Part shown: positions 28,778-38,671 of the stretch, in pieces | Numbering within the stretch: the stretch's first letter is position 1 | How the letters are laid out: the number at the start of each line of letters is the position of its first letter | NCBI GenBank assembly: GCA_963745235.1 | Contig: CAVUXE010000029.1 | Coordinates: forward strand, 1-64,000 | Reading direction: 5' to 3' | Length of the DNA: 64,000 nt | Source: an uncultured Spirochaetota bacterium | GTDB taxonomy: Bacteria; Spirochaetota; Spirochaetia; SZUA-6; Fen-1364 | Program-made: the position numbers and the translations under genes | Notes under the pieces: model-generated | Told to the model about the DNA's origin: nothing | The model's input: only the letters and a program-made list of their open reading frames with translations | The model's database searches: none

Positions 28778-29137
28778 ATGCCTGCTCGGAGGGGGGAGAT
28801 TTGGTGGGTAGATTTCGGAACCCCAAAGGGAAGTGAACAAGGCGGCCGCAGACCGGCCCTGATCATTCAAAATGACACAGGCAATAGCTACTCAACAACG
28901 ACGATAGTTGCCGCTCTTACTCGTGCCAGCAAAGGCGACTATCCTTTCCACGTTAAGGTGTCCTCATCCGAAACGGGACTGAGCGACGATGGCACGGTCT
29001 TGCTTGAGCAACTCCTAACCATCAGTGCAGATCGGTTGATCAAGCGCACTGGGGTTCTATCCCAACAGCGGATGCATGACGTCGACATGGCCCTTGTATA
29101 CAGTCTCGGGCTGCAGGGCTCGGCGAGAGCGGGCTAG
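28778..29137 (+). CDS. mazF: MazF/PemK endoribonuclease toxin
   Basis: RRGEIWWVDF...GSEQGGRRPALIIQND.GN, EQLLTI..RL. Confidence 0.93.
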   Translation: MPARRGEIWWVDFGTPKGSEQGGRRPALIIQNDTGNSYSTTTIVAALTRASKGDYPFHVKVSSSETGLSDDGTVLLEQLLTISADRLIKRTGVLSQQRMHDVDMALVYSLGLQGSARAG

Positions 29138-29180
29138 CAAGCTTCTTGGGATTTCGCTTGCTCGTCATGAGCGGGCTCGA

Positions 29181-31889
29181 TTATGAACGGACAGAACGGG
29201 CCTCAAGCTTCGGGGCGCGCTCCGCATCCGAGGCCTCGTCCGCTATCTCGTTGGACCGGAAGGCGAGGGCGGCAACGAAGTAGATCACGATGACGCAGGC
29301 AAGCACCACCACAAAGCCCGCGGAGATAGAGATGATCCTCGTGAGAACCGAGCCGGTCACGGAGAGCGCCCCGTTCATGCCCCAGGCCCACGGGAGCAGG
29401 CTCTTTCGGCGTGAAGACAGGCTTGCAAGCCCGGTCGGGAACGGAATCCCGAGGCAGAATGCCGAGGGACCTATGAAGAGGACCGAGAGCAGAAGCTTCA
29501 CGGGGAGGCCGAGCCCGAGGGTGGCGTTGAGAAGCGGCGACAGCGCGAAGATGTAGAAGAGCATGAACGCCGCTATTCCTCCCGCGGCCAGCCATACCCG
29601 CACGGAACGGCTCACCGGGAGGCGGTTGCCGGCAAGAGCTCCGATCCCCGATGCCACCAGCATTGTGGTCAGCACTATCGAGCTCGAATACACGGGGTCC
29701 GCCAGATAGAACGTGAAGCGCTGCATGAGGTAGATCTCGGCCATCATGTAGCCCAGGCCGAGCGCGCCGAAATAGAGGATGACGCCGAGGGTGCCCTTGC
29801 GCCGCCGGAAGACGGCGCGCCAGCTCCCCGCCACCGGAATCGTTATGATCAGGAAGCCAAACAGGATCGATTGGAGGAACGTCCCAAACAGGAGAAGCTG
29901 GCCCCAGACCTCCGGTATCTGTCCGATATGACGAGCCATCGCGCCAACGGTGGAAAACTTGAGGTAGGTGCTGTAGTAGGGGCGGTTATCAGTTGCCGGT
30001 CGAATGTCGAAGACATACATGCTGAAGAGCTCCGCGGCCTTTCCGTGGAGAAGCCACGCAAGGGTGAAATGGTACAGGTCGCTCGGAACGAGCGGCTTCG
30101 CGGAATCCCCGATGGACGCGGCCGCGCTCCCCGTCCCGCGAACGCGTGCGCTCTCCTGGAGCATCTGCGCGAGATTGACCTTGTCCGGCTGCGCGTTCAG
30201 CACGACGCCTGATCCAGCCGCGGACGCTGCGGAGGCAGCGGACGCAGCGCCTTTTCCAATGCCGTAGAGACCCTGGTAGCCGGCGAGTATCTGGTCGAAG
30301 TTCTTTCCCTGCGGCGCGGGCATTCCCGGATAGTAGTCAACGCTGAACGACATCCGGTCGCAGAAGCCCCTGAGCCGCGCGATATCCACGGGGGTAAGAT
30401 CGGTGTTCTTCACCAGGATGGTCGCCGTTGAAAGGAGGAGATCGAACGCGAAAATGCGCTTCTGCGGATCTTTCACTCCTTCCCGCCGGAGGGCCTCGAC
30501 GACCGTCGAAAGCAGCTTCGGTACATTCTGAGGCGGGTCCAGGGTGTTCCAGACCGTGATCGAGAGGATGCCGTCCTTGTTCAGGCACTTCAGGTAGTCA
30601 TCCATTCCCTGAACGGTGTAGACGTAGTCCTCGTTGATGGGGTAGCCGCCGGCCTGAGAAAGCCCGATTGAATCGATGAGGCTGATTTCAACCAGGTCAT
30701 ACCGCTGTGCGGTGGAAGCGGTATAGGCCCGCGGCTCGGCGGTGATCACGCGCACACGAGGATCCGAAAGGATGTTCCCCGTGAAGCGCCGAAAGACAGG
30801 AATATCCCTGAGCATGTGGACCAGGTCGGGATTGGACTCCACAACGTCGACCTTCCGCGCATCATGATAGAGGGCGGTGAAGACGCCGATGGCCCCCCCG
30901 AGCTTGAGAAGGAGCACTCGCGGCTTCTGGAGGAGGAGATAGGGGGCGGACATGGGAAGGTAGTCGATGTACTTCTCTTCTCCGCGAGAGAGCTTTCGCA
31001 TGACGCCGATCGGCCCGTTTCCATCGATATACGACCCCATATACGCGTCTCGGGGCATGGAGGAAAGGTCGAGAGAGGCGTTGTCGCTCAGGCCTGGCGC
31101 GAAGTGAAAGTACGAGCTCTTGTAGACGTCCATCTCACCCGCGGGGCTCGAGTGATGATACACCTCCCGGGCGTCGGGGAAGCGCCGTGCGTAGCTGATC
31201 GGCTTGAAGTCGGAAACCTTGATCGCGCCCCAGAGCTCCACGGCGGCGAATGACCCGGCAAAAACCAGCAGGATCAGCGCGGCCGTTCCGAGCCGGAGGG
31301 AAAGCCTGCCAGGGCTGCCGTTCCAGCTCACCGCGCACAAGAGAGCCGCGAGAGAAGATAGCGCGAGAAGGGGGACGATGAGCCTGGCGGGGGGGAGGAG
31401 GAACATCATGAGGAGGACCACCAACCCGCCAACGCCCGAGCCAAGCATGTTCCAGAAGTAGAGTTGATGGATTCTGCCGGAAAGCGTCATGAATAGAACG
31501 CCGATGAACAGGGCCCCGAAGAAGAAGGGGACCGCGTAGATGATGTAGTACGCTGCAATCCACCACACCTGCATGGGGTCGGAGACGATGAGGACCGGGT
31601 TGAAGGGAACCTGCTGGGCGAGGACCTGAGAGAGGGACATTGTCGGGGCCATGAGGAACGCGGTGCCGAAGAGCCAGGGGTCCGGATTGGCGAGAACCCG
31701 TTTCTGGGCAAGGGTGAGGAGCGTTCCGGCCAGCCCAAAGCCCAGGAGGCAGATGGAGATGACCATCGAGCCGAAAGTGTCCCAGCTGCCCACCGCGAAC
31801 AGGCGCATGATCCCCAGCTCGTACGCAAGGAGCGTGATGGAGAGAAGAAAGAGCGCGGAAAGCCTGAACCCGGAAAGCTTGGGTGTCAC
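29181..31889 (-). CDS. fused MFS-like / spermidine synthase-like (SAM-binding fold) membrane protein
   Basis: about 7 N-terminal and 7 C-terminal TM segments around a soluble domain with degenerate motif I (LLKLGGAIG), VESNP, YDLV, YVYTVQG. Confidence 0.8.
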   Translation of the reverse strand: MTPKLSGFRLSALFLLSITLLAYELGIMRLFAVGSWDTFGSMVISICLLGFGLAGTLLTLAQKRVLANPDPWLFGTAFLMAPTMSLSQVLAQQVPFNPVLIVSDPMQVWWIAAYYIIYAVPFFFGALFIGVLFMTLSGRIHQLYFWNMLGSGVGGLVVLLMMFLLPPARLIVPLLALSSLAALLCAVSWNGSPGRLSLRLGTAALILLVFAGSFAAVELWGAIKVSDFKPISYARRFPDAREVYHHSSPAGEMDVYKSSYFHFAPGLSDNASLDLSSMPRDAYMGSYIDGNGPIGVMRKLSRGEEKYIDYLPMSAPYLLLQKPRVLLLKLGGAIGVFTALYHDARKVDVVESNPDLVHMLRDIPVFRRFTGNILSDPRVRVITAEPRAYTASTAQRYDLVEISLIDSIGLSQAGGYPINEDYVYTVQGMDDYLKCLNKDGILSITVWNTLDPPQNVPKLLSTVVEALRREGVKDPQKRIFAFDLLLSTATILVKNTDLTPVDIARLRGFCDRMSFSVDYYPGMPAPQGKNFDQILAGYQGLYGIGKGAASAASAASAAGSGVVLNAQPDKVNLAQMLQESARVRGTGSAAASIGDSAKPLVPSDLYHFTLAWLLHGKAAELFSMYVFDIRPATDNRPYYSTYLKFSTVGAMARHIGQIPEVWGQLLLFGTFLQSILFGFLIITIPVAGSWRAVFRRRKGTLGVILYFGALGLGYMMAEIYLMQRFTFYLADPVYSSSIVLTTMLVASGIGALAGNRLPVSRSVRVWLAAGGIAAFMLFYIFALSPLLNATLGLGLPVKLLLSVLFIGPSAFCLGIPFPTGLASLSSRRKSLLPWAWGMNGALSVTGSVLTRIISISAGFVVVLACVIVIYFVAALAFRSNEIADEASDAERAPKLEARSVRS

Positions 31890-31916
31890 AGAGAGCGTTC
31901 CTCGCTTCCTCCGATG

Positions 31917-32981
31917 TCAGCGCACGGAATCGATGATGAGCGAGTGAACTCCTCCGCCCTCGGCGGTGAAGGGTACGAAGATGTCTTTCGCCGTGCCGTG
32001 ATATATGTCTTCACGGGCCAGGGTGACCCGCCCATCCGCACCCACGTGCTTGGTGATTTTGAGGATGGTCTGCCCGGAAGGCGGCCCGATGGGAATCAGC
32101 ATGATCCCGCCCGGAGCCAGCTCGTGAATGAGTGCAGGAGGAATATGGTCGATGCCGCAGGTGACGATGATCCGGTCGAAGGGCGCGTACTCCTGCCATC
32201 CGTAGTACCCGTCTGCGATCCGCCGTTGGATGTTCGCGTACTGCGGCATTTCACTGGTGTGCGAAAGGTAGATTGCATTGGTCTCCTCCGCGAGCGGTTT
32301 GACGATCTCGATGGTGTAGACGTAATCCGAGAGCTCGGAGAGGAAAGCAGACTGGTACCCGGAGCCTGTCCCGATCTCCAGGACCCGCTGCCCCGGTCGA
32401 GGGTCGAGGCGGTCGGTCATTCGCGCCACGAGATCCGGCCCTGATATGGTCTGTCCGTACCCAATAGGCATCGCCGCGTTCGCATACGCGCGGCGGATGT
32501 TGTACGGACGAACGAACCATTCGCGGGGCGTGAGAAGAAAAGCCGCGAGGATGCGTTCGCTGCGGATATGGCCGTGCTCGACCGCGAAGGTCGCGCGCGC
32601 CCACCTTTCCCTGAGGAACTTTTCCTGCTGGTCCGGGTAGCGAGCGAGCATCCACTGGACATAGGCATTCTCGCTCGTAAGCGGCGGAGACTCTGTCCGC
32701 TTCGTGATATCGTAGGCGGGCAGACTGTTGCGCGCCGGCGCAGGCGTAAGGTCGATGGCCCTGGAGTCGCTCGGCAGATCCGGGGCCGTCCTGAGAAGGA
32801 CAGAGGGCGGTTCGTTCAGCACGCTTCGCATCCCCTCCGCTTGCGACGGAGATGCGAATGCGAGAAGGGCCGCGGTTGCAAGGATGCTGGAAGCCGCTCC
32901 GAGTTGCGCGCCGCGACGCCCCTCGCGACGGCGCGGGCGGATACCCAAGAATGCTGCAATCATGTTCTCGCCTTTCCACAT
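31917..32981 (-). CDS. pcm: protein-L-isoaspartate O-methyltransferase with N-terminal signal peptide
   Basis: PIGYGQTIS, VLEIGTGSGYQ, DGYYGW...APFDRIIVT, L.PGG.M.IPIG; N-terminus has an Arg-rich n-region, hydrophobic stretch and SQA cleavage site; alternative start 32963. Confidence 0.88.
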   Translation of the reverse strand: MWKGENMIAAFLGIRPRRREGRRGAQLGAASSILATAALLAFASPSQAEGMRSVLNEPPSVLLRTAPDLPSDSRAIDLTPAPARNSLPAYDITKRTESPPLTSENAYVQWMLARYPDQQEKFLRERWARATFAVEHGHIRSERILAAFLLTPREWFVRPYNIRRAYANAAMPIGYGQTISGPDLVARMTDRLDPRPGQRVLEIGTGSGYQSAFLSELSDYVYTIEIVKPLAEETNAIYLSHTSEMPQYANIQRRIADGYYGWQEYAPFDRIIVTCGIDHIPPALIHELAPGGIMLIPIGPPSGQTILKITKHVGADGRVTLAREDIYHGTAKDIFVPFTAEGGGVHSLIIDSVR

Positions 32982-32982
32982 T

Positions 32983-34239
32983 TCATCTTCCCCAGGGAAA
33001 ACCTATTGCTCCAAGATGAAGCTCAGGTGAAGGGGAGGTATAAGTGCCGCGGCATCCATTGCGCGTGCTCCTCGTTTCTCGGGTCCCGTGTCGGGCTGCG
33101 TCGATATGCATGCCGTTCTGAAGCGACTGCACGTCGGAATCCGCCACTGTCTGCCCGATGGCAAGACCTGACAGCACTTGCACATCGGTATTGTTGCTCA
33201 TTCCGAGGCTCACCGCCCTCTTGTGAACTTCTTCGCCTTTGATCACAAAAACGAAAGGCTGGCCGTGCTCCTCAGTATCAACCGCTGACAGCGGCACAAT
33301 GACGCTCTGCGCGCCCCTGAGGGTGACCGCGGCTTTCGCCGTCATCCCCGCAAACAGCCTCCCGTCGTTCGCAAGGCTCACGACGACAGGGAAATACTGA
33401 CCGGTAGCCGCCGCAACGGGGCCCACCTGCTCGATCCTGCCGGAATACTGCCGGCCAGGGAACGCGTCAACGGAGATGCTGACGGGATCCCCGAGGGAAA
33501 GATGGGCGATATCCTCCTGCCAGAGATTGCCCTCCAGCTTGAGCCGGGCAGTGTCGACGATGGTCATCAGCGGCGTGGTGAGCGTTGTGAGCTCACCGGG
33601 ATTGATGCTCCTGGTGGCAACAATGCCGTTCAGCGGGCTGATGATGGCGCTGTTGGAAATCAGCACCTTGATGGCATTGATTTGCGCTTCGGCTTGAGCC
33701 ACGCCCGAACCGCTGACGGTCTTGTACTGTTGGCTGGCGTTGTCGATTGCCTCTTTTGCGAGGTCCAGCTTGGTCTGAGCGTCATCGAGCCGGCTTTTCG
33801 TGATGATCTCGTTCTCCAGCAGCGTTTTTGTCCGATTGTAGGCCCGTTCCGCAAGAGCCAGGGTCAACCGCGCCGTCTCGACGCCGATCTTTGCCTGAGC
33901 TGCCTGATCTACGGCGCCCTGAAGCCTTGCTTCGGCTTCTTTCAGTTGTGCGTCGAGCTCCCGAGTGTCGATCTTGACGAGCAATTGACCCTTCTTGACT
34001 CGATCCCCCACATCGGCCCCGACAAAAGTAGCCTGGCCGGAAACCTGGGCGGAGATGTTGACCGTCCGGTTGGGCACGAAAACGCCTGAGAACTGCACGT
34101 TCTTTACGATCATGCCCTCAGCCGGGTCCACGGCCTTGACCGTTGGGCGCCACGGCGCGTCAGCCTGACAGGCGGCGAGCATCGAGGAAAGTGCAGCAAC
34201 ACCGAGAAAAAGGAGGAATGCGGGGAGTCGATCCTTCAT
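32983..34239 (-). CDS. efflux (RND/ABC) periplasmic adaptor subunit, lipoprotein
   Basis: LAAC lipobox; GDRVKKGQLL.KID, coiled coil, ISPLNGIV, GMTA, VPLSAV motifs; C-terminal tail may be read-through. Confidence 0.85.
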   Translation of the reverse strand: MKDRLPAFLLFLGVAALSSMLAACQADAPWRPTVKAVDPAEGMIVKNVQFSGVFVPNRTVNISAQVSGQATFVGADVGDRVKKGQLLVKIDTRELDAQLKEAEARLQGAVDQAAQAKIGVETARLTLALAERAYNRTKTLLENEIITKSRLDDAQTKLDLAKEAIDNASQQYKTVSGSGVAQAEAQINAIKVLISNSAIISPLNGIVATRSINPGELTTLTTPLMTIVDTARLKLEGNLWQEDIAHLSLGDPVSISVDAFPGRQYSGRIEQVGPVAAATGQYFPVVVSLANDGRLFAGMTAKAAVTLRGAQSVIVPLSAVDTEEHGQPFVFVIKGEEVHKRAVSLGMSNNTDVQVLSGLAIGQTVADSDVQSLQNGMHIDAARHGTRETRSTRNGCRGTYTSPSPELHLGAIGFPWGR

Positions 34240-34253
34240 TCGGGACCTGGCGG

Positions 34254-34655
34254 TCACTGACGCGCGTCCTGTCGGGCGGCGCCGCCCATCGGGAGAAACG
34301 GCCACGACACCTGATCAGTGCCTCGCCTGAAGGAATGGGCGGATGACCCCGGAAAGAGCGGGGCGCCCGGCGCCTGTCGTGGCCGAACGGGGGCCCACCT
34401 TTCACCGGCCGGAGCAAAGACGGGTCTATCTTCGGAAGGACCGGGAACCCAGCACCGTGCCCCGGAGAGAAAAGCCAACCGCCCAGGGTGGAAGGGGGCG
34501 AAGAGATAGCTCAAACGGCCGACGAGCGTTGGCGGGTTGGCCCACGCCGACTCGTCATACGAAGTCCACGTGGCGCACCCGGCAAGGAACGCCGCGGCGA
34601 AGTGCCCCAGCGTAACGCCGAGCAGACAGCGCGGGAGAGTTCTTCGAGTGTTCAT
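34254..34655 (-). pseudogene. internally deleted DUF6600/FecR-associated lipoprotein remnant
   Basis: LAGC lipobox; PPTLVGRLSY joined directly to FAPFHPGR...CWVPGP...RPVFAPA, which are far apart in intact proteins. Confidence 0.55.
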
Positions 34656-34865
34656 ATTCTTCTCTCCTTTCAAGATGCTCGGAAGAGATTGCTGGCAGGT
34701 TACCGGCAGTTTAAATCTTCTTAACGCGGCTCGCGGCACGCCTCGAAAACCTCGACGGCACGTCAGCCCAATCAGAGCCAAAGCAGTGCCAATCACGAAA
34801 ATCGAAGCGTCCGCTCGAGCGCGGCGTGTCTCATGTCATCAAATTCATTTCCTCACGGAGGTGTT

Positions 34866-35260
34866 TCATGTCGAAGGGTGGAAGCGGCAAAACGATCCCG
34901 AACTCTGGAAGACCACGACGGCTGCGGTGCGCACGGGCTTGCCGGGCGGCCTTTGTGGTGAAGTCGCGCACCAACGCGTAGATGAGCCGGCTGATTTCGC
35001 CGTGAAGCCTTTTGTCATGGCGGAAGAACAGGCGCAGGGCCTTGGGCAGGGTGAAGACGAACGAAGACGCTGCAACTGAAAGGCCGGAAGTACTCCAATC
35101 CGCAGTCGGGGTTCATGCACTGAATCCTGCCAATACCCTGCGGTAGTCACCGCAGCCCAGAAAGCGCTCCACTGCCTTGTTGATCCGCTTCAGTCGGAAC
35201 CTTCCGAGTCGCGTGGCGAACTCTGCCTCGTAGCAGCGACGAGCGCCATTCGGTCGGCCA
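34866..35260 (-). mobile_element. IS91-family (rolling-circle) transposase remnant
   Basis: broken frames give YEAEFATRLGRFRL.RI..AVERFL.CGDY, RIQCMNPDC..EYFRPFSC, VFTLPKALRLFFRHD and AVVVFQSSGSFCRFHP. Confidence 0.7.
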
Positions 35261-35307
35261 CAAGGGAAAACCGCTCAAAAGAGCGTGACCCATTTCTCAC
35301 GCTGCTG

Positions 35308-35332
35308 TCAGCATCACCAATGGGTGCAACCT
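35308..35332. repeat. left copy of 25/26-bp direct repeat
   Basis: TCAGCATCACCAATGGGTGCAACCT, identical to 49911-49936 except for one A. Confidence 0.8.
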
Positions 35333-35477
35333 TCATCTTGAGGGTTGAAAGGTTCTCCTCGTTCTTTCTTTGCCGCCCCCCTTGGGTCCACTCTTACGGC
35401 TCTAAGAGGCACTAGCGGCGGCCGCAAGATTGAGTCCGACCTCATTATCTGGTATGATCTCATGAGAGACCGTCAAG

Positions 35478-37009
35478 ATGATCATTGCCTACGACCTTGG
35501 CACAGGCGGCGTAAAGGCTTCACTCTACTCCACGGACGGTAGTTGCAGGGCCAGCGCATTCGAGGCCTACCAGACCATCTATCCGAACGCGGGCTGGCAC
35601 GAGCAGCGCCCCGGGGATTGGTGGAAGGCCGTCGTTTCTGCAACGCGCACACTTATTGATGCGAAAACAGAGACTGCAGCGGACATCGACTGCCTTGCGA
35701 TCTCCGGCCAGAGTCTCGCCGTAATCCCCTTGGATTTGGATGGCACGCTTTTGCGCCCGTCCATTCCGATATGGTCCGATATGAGGGCGTCCCGACAGAC
35801 CGCGGAGTTCTTTCAGAAGGTTGACCGGGATCGATGGTATATGACGACCGGCAACGGTTTCCCCGCCGAGTGCTATTCCGTGTTCAAGATAATGTGGTAC
35901 CGCGACAATGAGCCCGAGCTCTTCTCTCGCACCGCCACGGTGCTCGGCTCGAAGGACTATATCAACTACCGCCTTACCGGGGGATTTTTCACGGATTATT
36001 CATATGCATCGGGCACGGGGATCTACGACCTCATGCGGTGGCGATACTCAGAGGAGTTCATCCAGGCCAGCAGCCTGCCTCGATCGCTCTTTCCGCCCAT
36101 TGTGCCGTCGACGCAGATCATCGGAACGCTCACGGCGAAAGCGGCGGAGCATTTGGGCCTTACCTCCCGGGTGAAAGTGGCCTGCGGCGGCGTGGACAAT
36201 TCCTGCATGGCCTTGGGCGCGGGCAACACGGGCGAGGGGAAAATCTACACTTCGCTCGGATCCTCTTCATGGATCGCCGTTTCCTCTTCAAAGCCGGTCC
36301 TGGATCCTCATGTGAAGCCCTACGTGTTTACTCATGTCATCCCCGGGTTGTTTACCTCCGCGGTGGCCATCTTCGCGGCAGGAAGCTCCTTTCGCTGGAT
36401 CCGCGACACGGTAATGGGCGGCGAGCAGCTTCCAGGAGAGAATGGCCTGCCTCGTGATGCATACGAGGTGATGAACGAGCTGGCTGCGGCATCACCCATC
36501 GGCTCACACAAGCTCCTGTTCAACCCCAGCCTGGCCGGCGGGAGCTCACTGGAGCCCAGCCCTTACATCCGCGGCGCGTTTGCCGGGATCGACCTTCGCC
36601 ACACGCGCGGAGATATCATCCGGGCCGGCATGGAAGGGATTGCAATGAACCTCGGGGCGGTTCTCCAAGTGCTGCGGCGGTTCGTGCCACCCCAGCCGCA
36701 GATGCTCATGGTCGGAGGCGGGAGCAGGAGCCCTGTGTGGCGGCAGATCTTTGCGGATATCTACTGTATGGAGTGCGTGAAAACGAATGTCGACCAAGAG
36801 GCGGGATCCCTGGGCGCCGCCGCCGTGGCCGCCGTGGGTCCGGCTTGTGGAAGAGCTTCGACACGGTTGATCGGGTCCACAAGGTGCAGGACGTGAGCAA
36901 ACCCATTCCTGGCAACGTGGAAAAATACCGAAGACTCATCCCGGCCTTCGAAATGGTTCGACGGTACCAGGCCGAGTTGGGCGAGTTGTTGCACGCCACG
37001 GATGTCTGA
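35478..37009 (+). CDS. FGGY-family carbohydrate kinase (xylulokinase-like), indel near 36840
   Basis: YDLGTGGVKA, WSD.RA, TDYSYASGT, GGVDN, VGGGSRS.VWRQIFAD. Confidence 0.88.
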
Positions 37010-37031
37010 CAGACCGCGGACTTTGGGTCAG

Positions 37032-38521
37032 GGGAGCGCTTCAATAAGTAGGTAGTCTCACGCTGCCCGGTCCAAGGTCGCCAGGAAATCCTGGAGAAGA
37101 CGACCGCTGGCGATTGAGCAACGGATCTGCAGCATCCCATTGGCCCCGGCTTCCGACCAGCTCATGCCTCCTTGCTTCATACGGCCGCCGACGACATTCT
37201 TGCAGGCGCTCTCGATGGTGCCACTGCCAATCGGCAGTCGGCGGACGCGGTAGCGATCATAGTGCATACGGTCTTTGTTATCTGTGAAGTAGTTGATCTC
37301 ACCCTGGATGCAGTCACGATGTGCTCGATACTTCGCTGTGTCGCGAATCTGGCGCAACTCTTGAAGGAACTTCCGGACCCTGCCAGCGAACAGAGTCGCC
37401 TTCCATCGTTTGAAATGTTTCCAGTACTCAGGGGTCTGTTCACCATAGAGTTGCTTGCACAGCCCTGAGACGTGTTCACAGGCGTGGTAGAAGTCCAGAA
37501 TGAAGGTGTTGGTCGGGGGAGCGGTATAAAACAAAACGATCCCAAATCCACTTCGCTCCATCAGCGAGGAATACCAGGCGCTGGTTCTTCAAATCCTGTG
37601 CTCGCCGTTGCATTTCTACGGTCAAACGGCGCAGGAACAGGTCCGCGTGTTCGATGCCGCTGACGTAGCTGCTGGTGGCGCAGAATGCTTCCTGGTGCTT
37701 CTCATCCCAATCTACCGCCGAAACAGCTCCTATCTTCACATCGCGCCAGATGCTCGGGTAACTCTTTTTGCCATCAGCGATTCTTTCTTCCTCCCCTCGT
37801 TCGCGAAGCTTCGTTGCATCCACCGACACCGCCATCACTCCCGCGATCGGATACTCCTTGTCCAGCGGCTCTTCTCATTCTCGAATACCTGGGTGACCTC
37901 CTGTTGGCGTAGCCCTTGCAGACGCTCTCCCAACTCCGCGTCCATGTCGAGGACTTCCTCATCGAAATCAACTCCGTGCCGTCGGGGCGAAAGATTTCGT
38001 GAAATCTCTGCAAGCTTTTTTAATACGCCTCGCCCGGAGAAAGAGGACAGAAAGTATTAACAACGGGGGTATGATTCTTCTGGATTCCCAACTTCGCATC
38101 CAAGAGGAAAATGGCCTCCGCCTCCCTGCTCCTCGTTAAAGTAGTACGCCCGCTTGTAGTCGATCATCCCGAATAGCCCGTGCAGACTGGTGCTGCGGTA
38201 TCCGATGAATCTGTACTTTCTTTACTCCTTGCGCACGACGGCTCCCTCATAGCCTTTGCCGACGTCTTGGAAAACTTTGCCCATCGCTTGGCGGCCAAGT
38301 TTCATGAGGAACTCCAGCATGTTGCGTTCGGTCAGAAACAGATCGCCGCTGTCGGTATTCTTCAGCCCATAGGCGGCCTTGAAGTTTTCCACAATCTGCG
38401 CTACCAGTGAATCCATCGCCTTTCCCTCCCAGCTATAGGAATCTTTTGGTAGTGGTAGTTTACCACGCGCTGGGAGGGCTTTTTACTAGCCCCCAACCAC
38501 CAACTTGGCCAATGCGCACCC
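37032..38521 (-). mobile_element. ISKra4/ISLre2-type insertion sequence (1490 bp) with 9-bp target duplication TTGGGTCAG
   Basis: TSD at 37023-37031 and 38522-38530; imperfect terminal IRs GGGAGCGC-TTCAATAAGTAGGTAGT / GGGTGCGCATTGGCCAAGTTGGTGGT. Confidence 0.85.
37058..38416 (-). pseudogene. transposase (ISKra4/ISLre2, UPF0236-like), frameshifted with an in-frame stop
   Basis: VSVDAT, WRDVKIG, LADGAKWIW, ILDFYHACEH, PIGSGTIESACK, RMKQGGMSW spread over several frames. Confidence 0.85.
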
Positions 38522-38671
38522 TTGGGTCAGCAATCACTTGACAATTCCCTTCTCTGGTTCCATTACTAGGGCGCGGTTCTGCCATAATCTATCTCCTCTT
38601 CCACTCCGGCCCTGTGTCGTTGCTCTCGAGGCGCACGTATGTCGGACCCGCTCTACGACCCCAAGAGATTG

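Noticed and set aside
15562-29137. Integron cassette array
   Set aside because: No integrase and no repeated RYYYAAC...GTTRRRY attC sites between the genes
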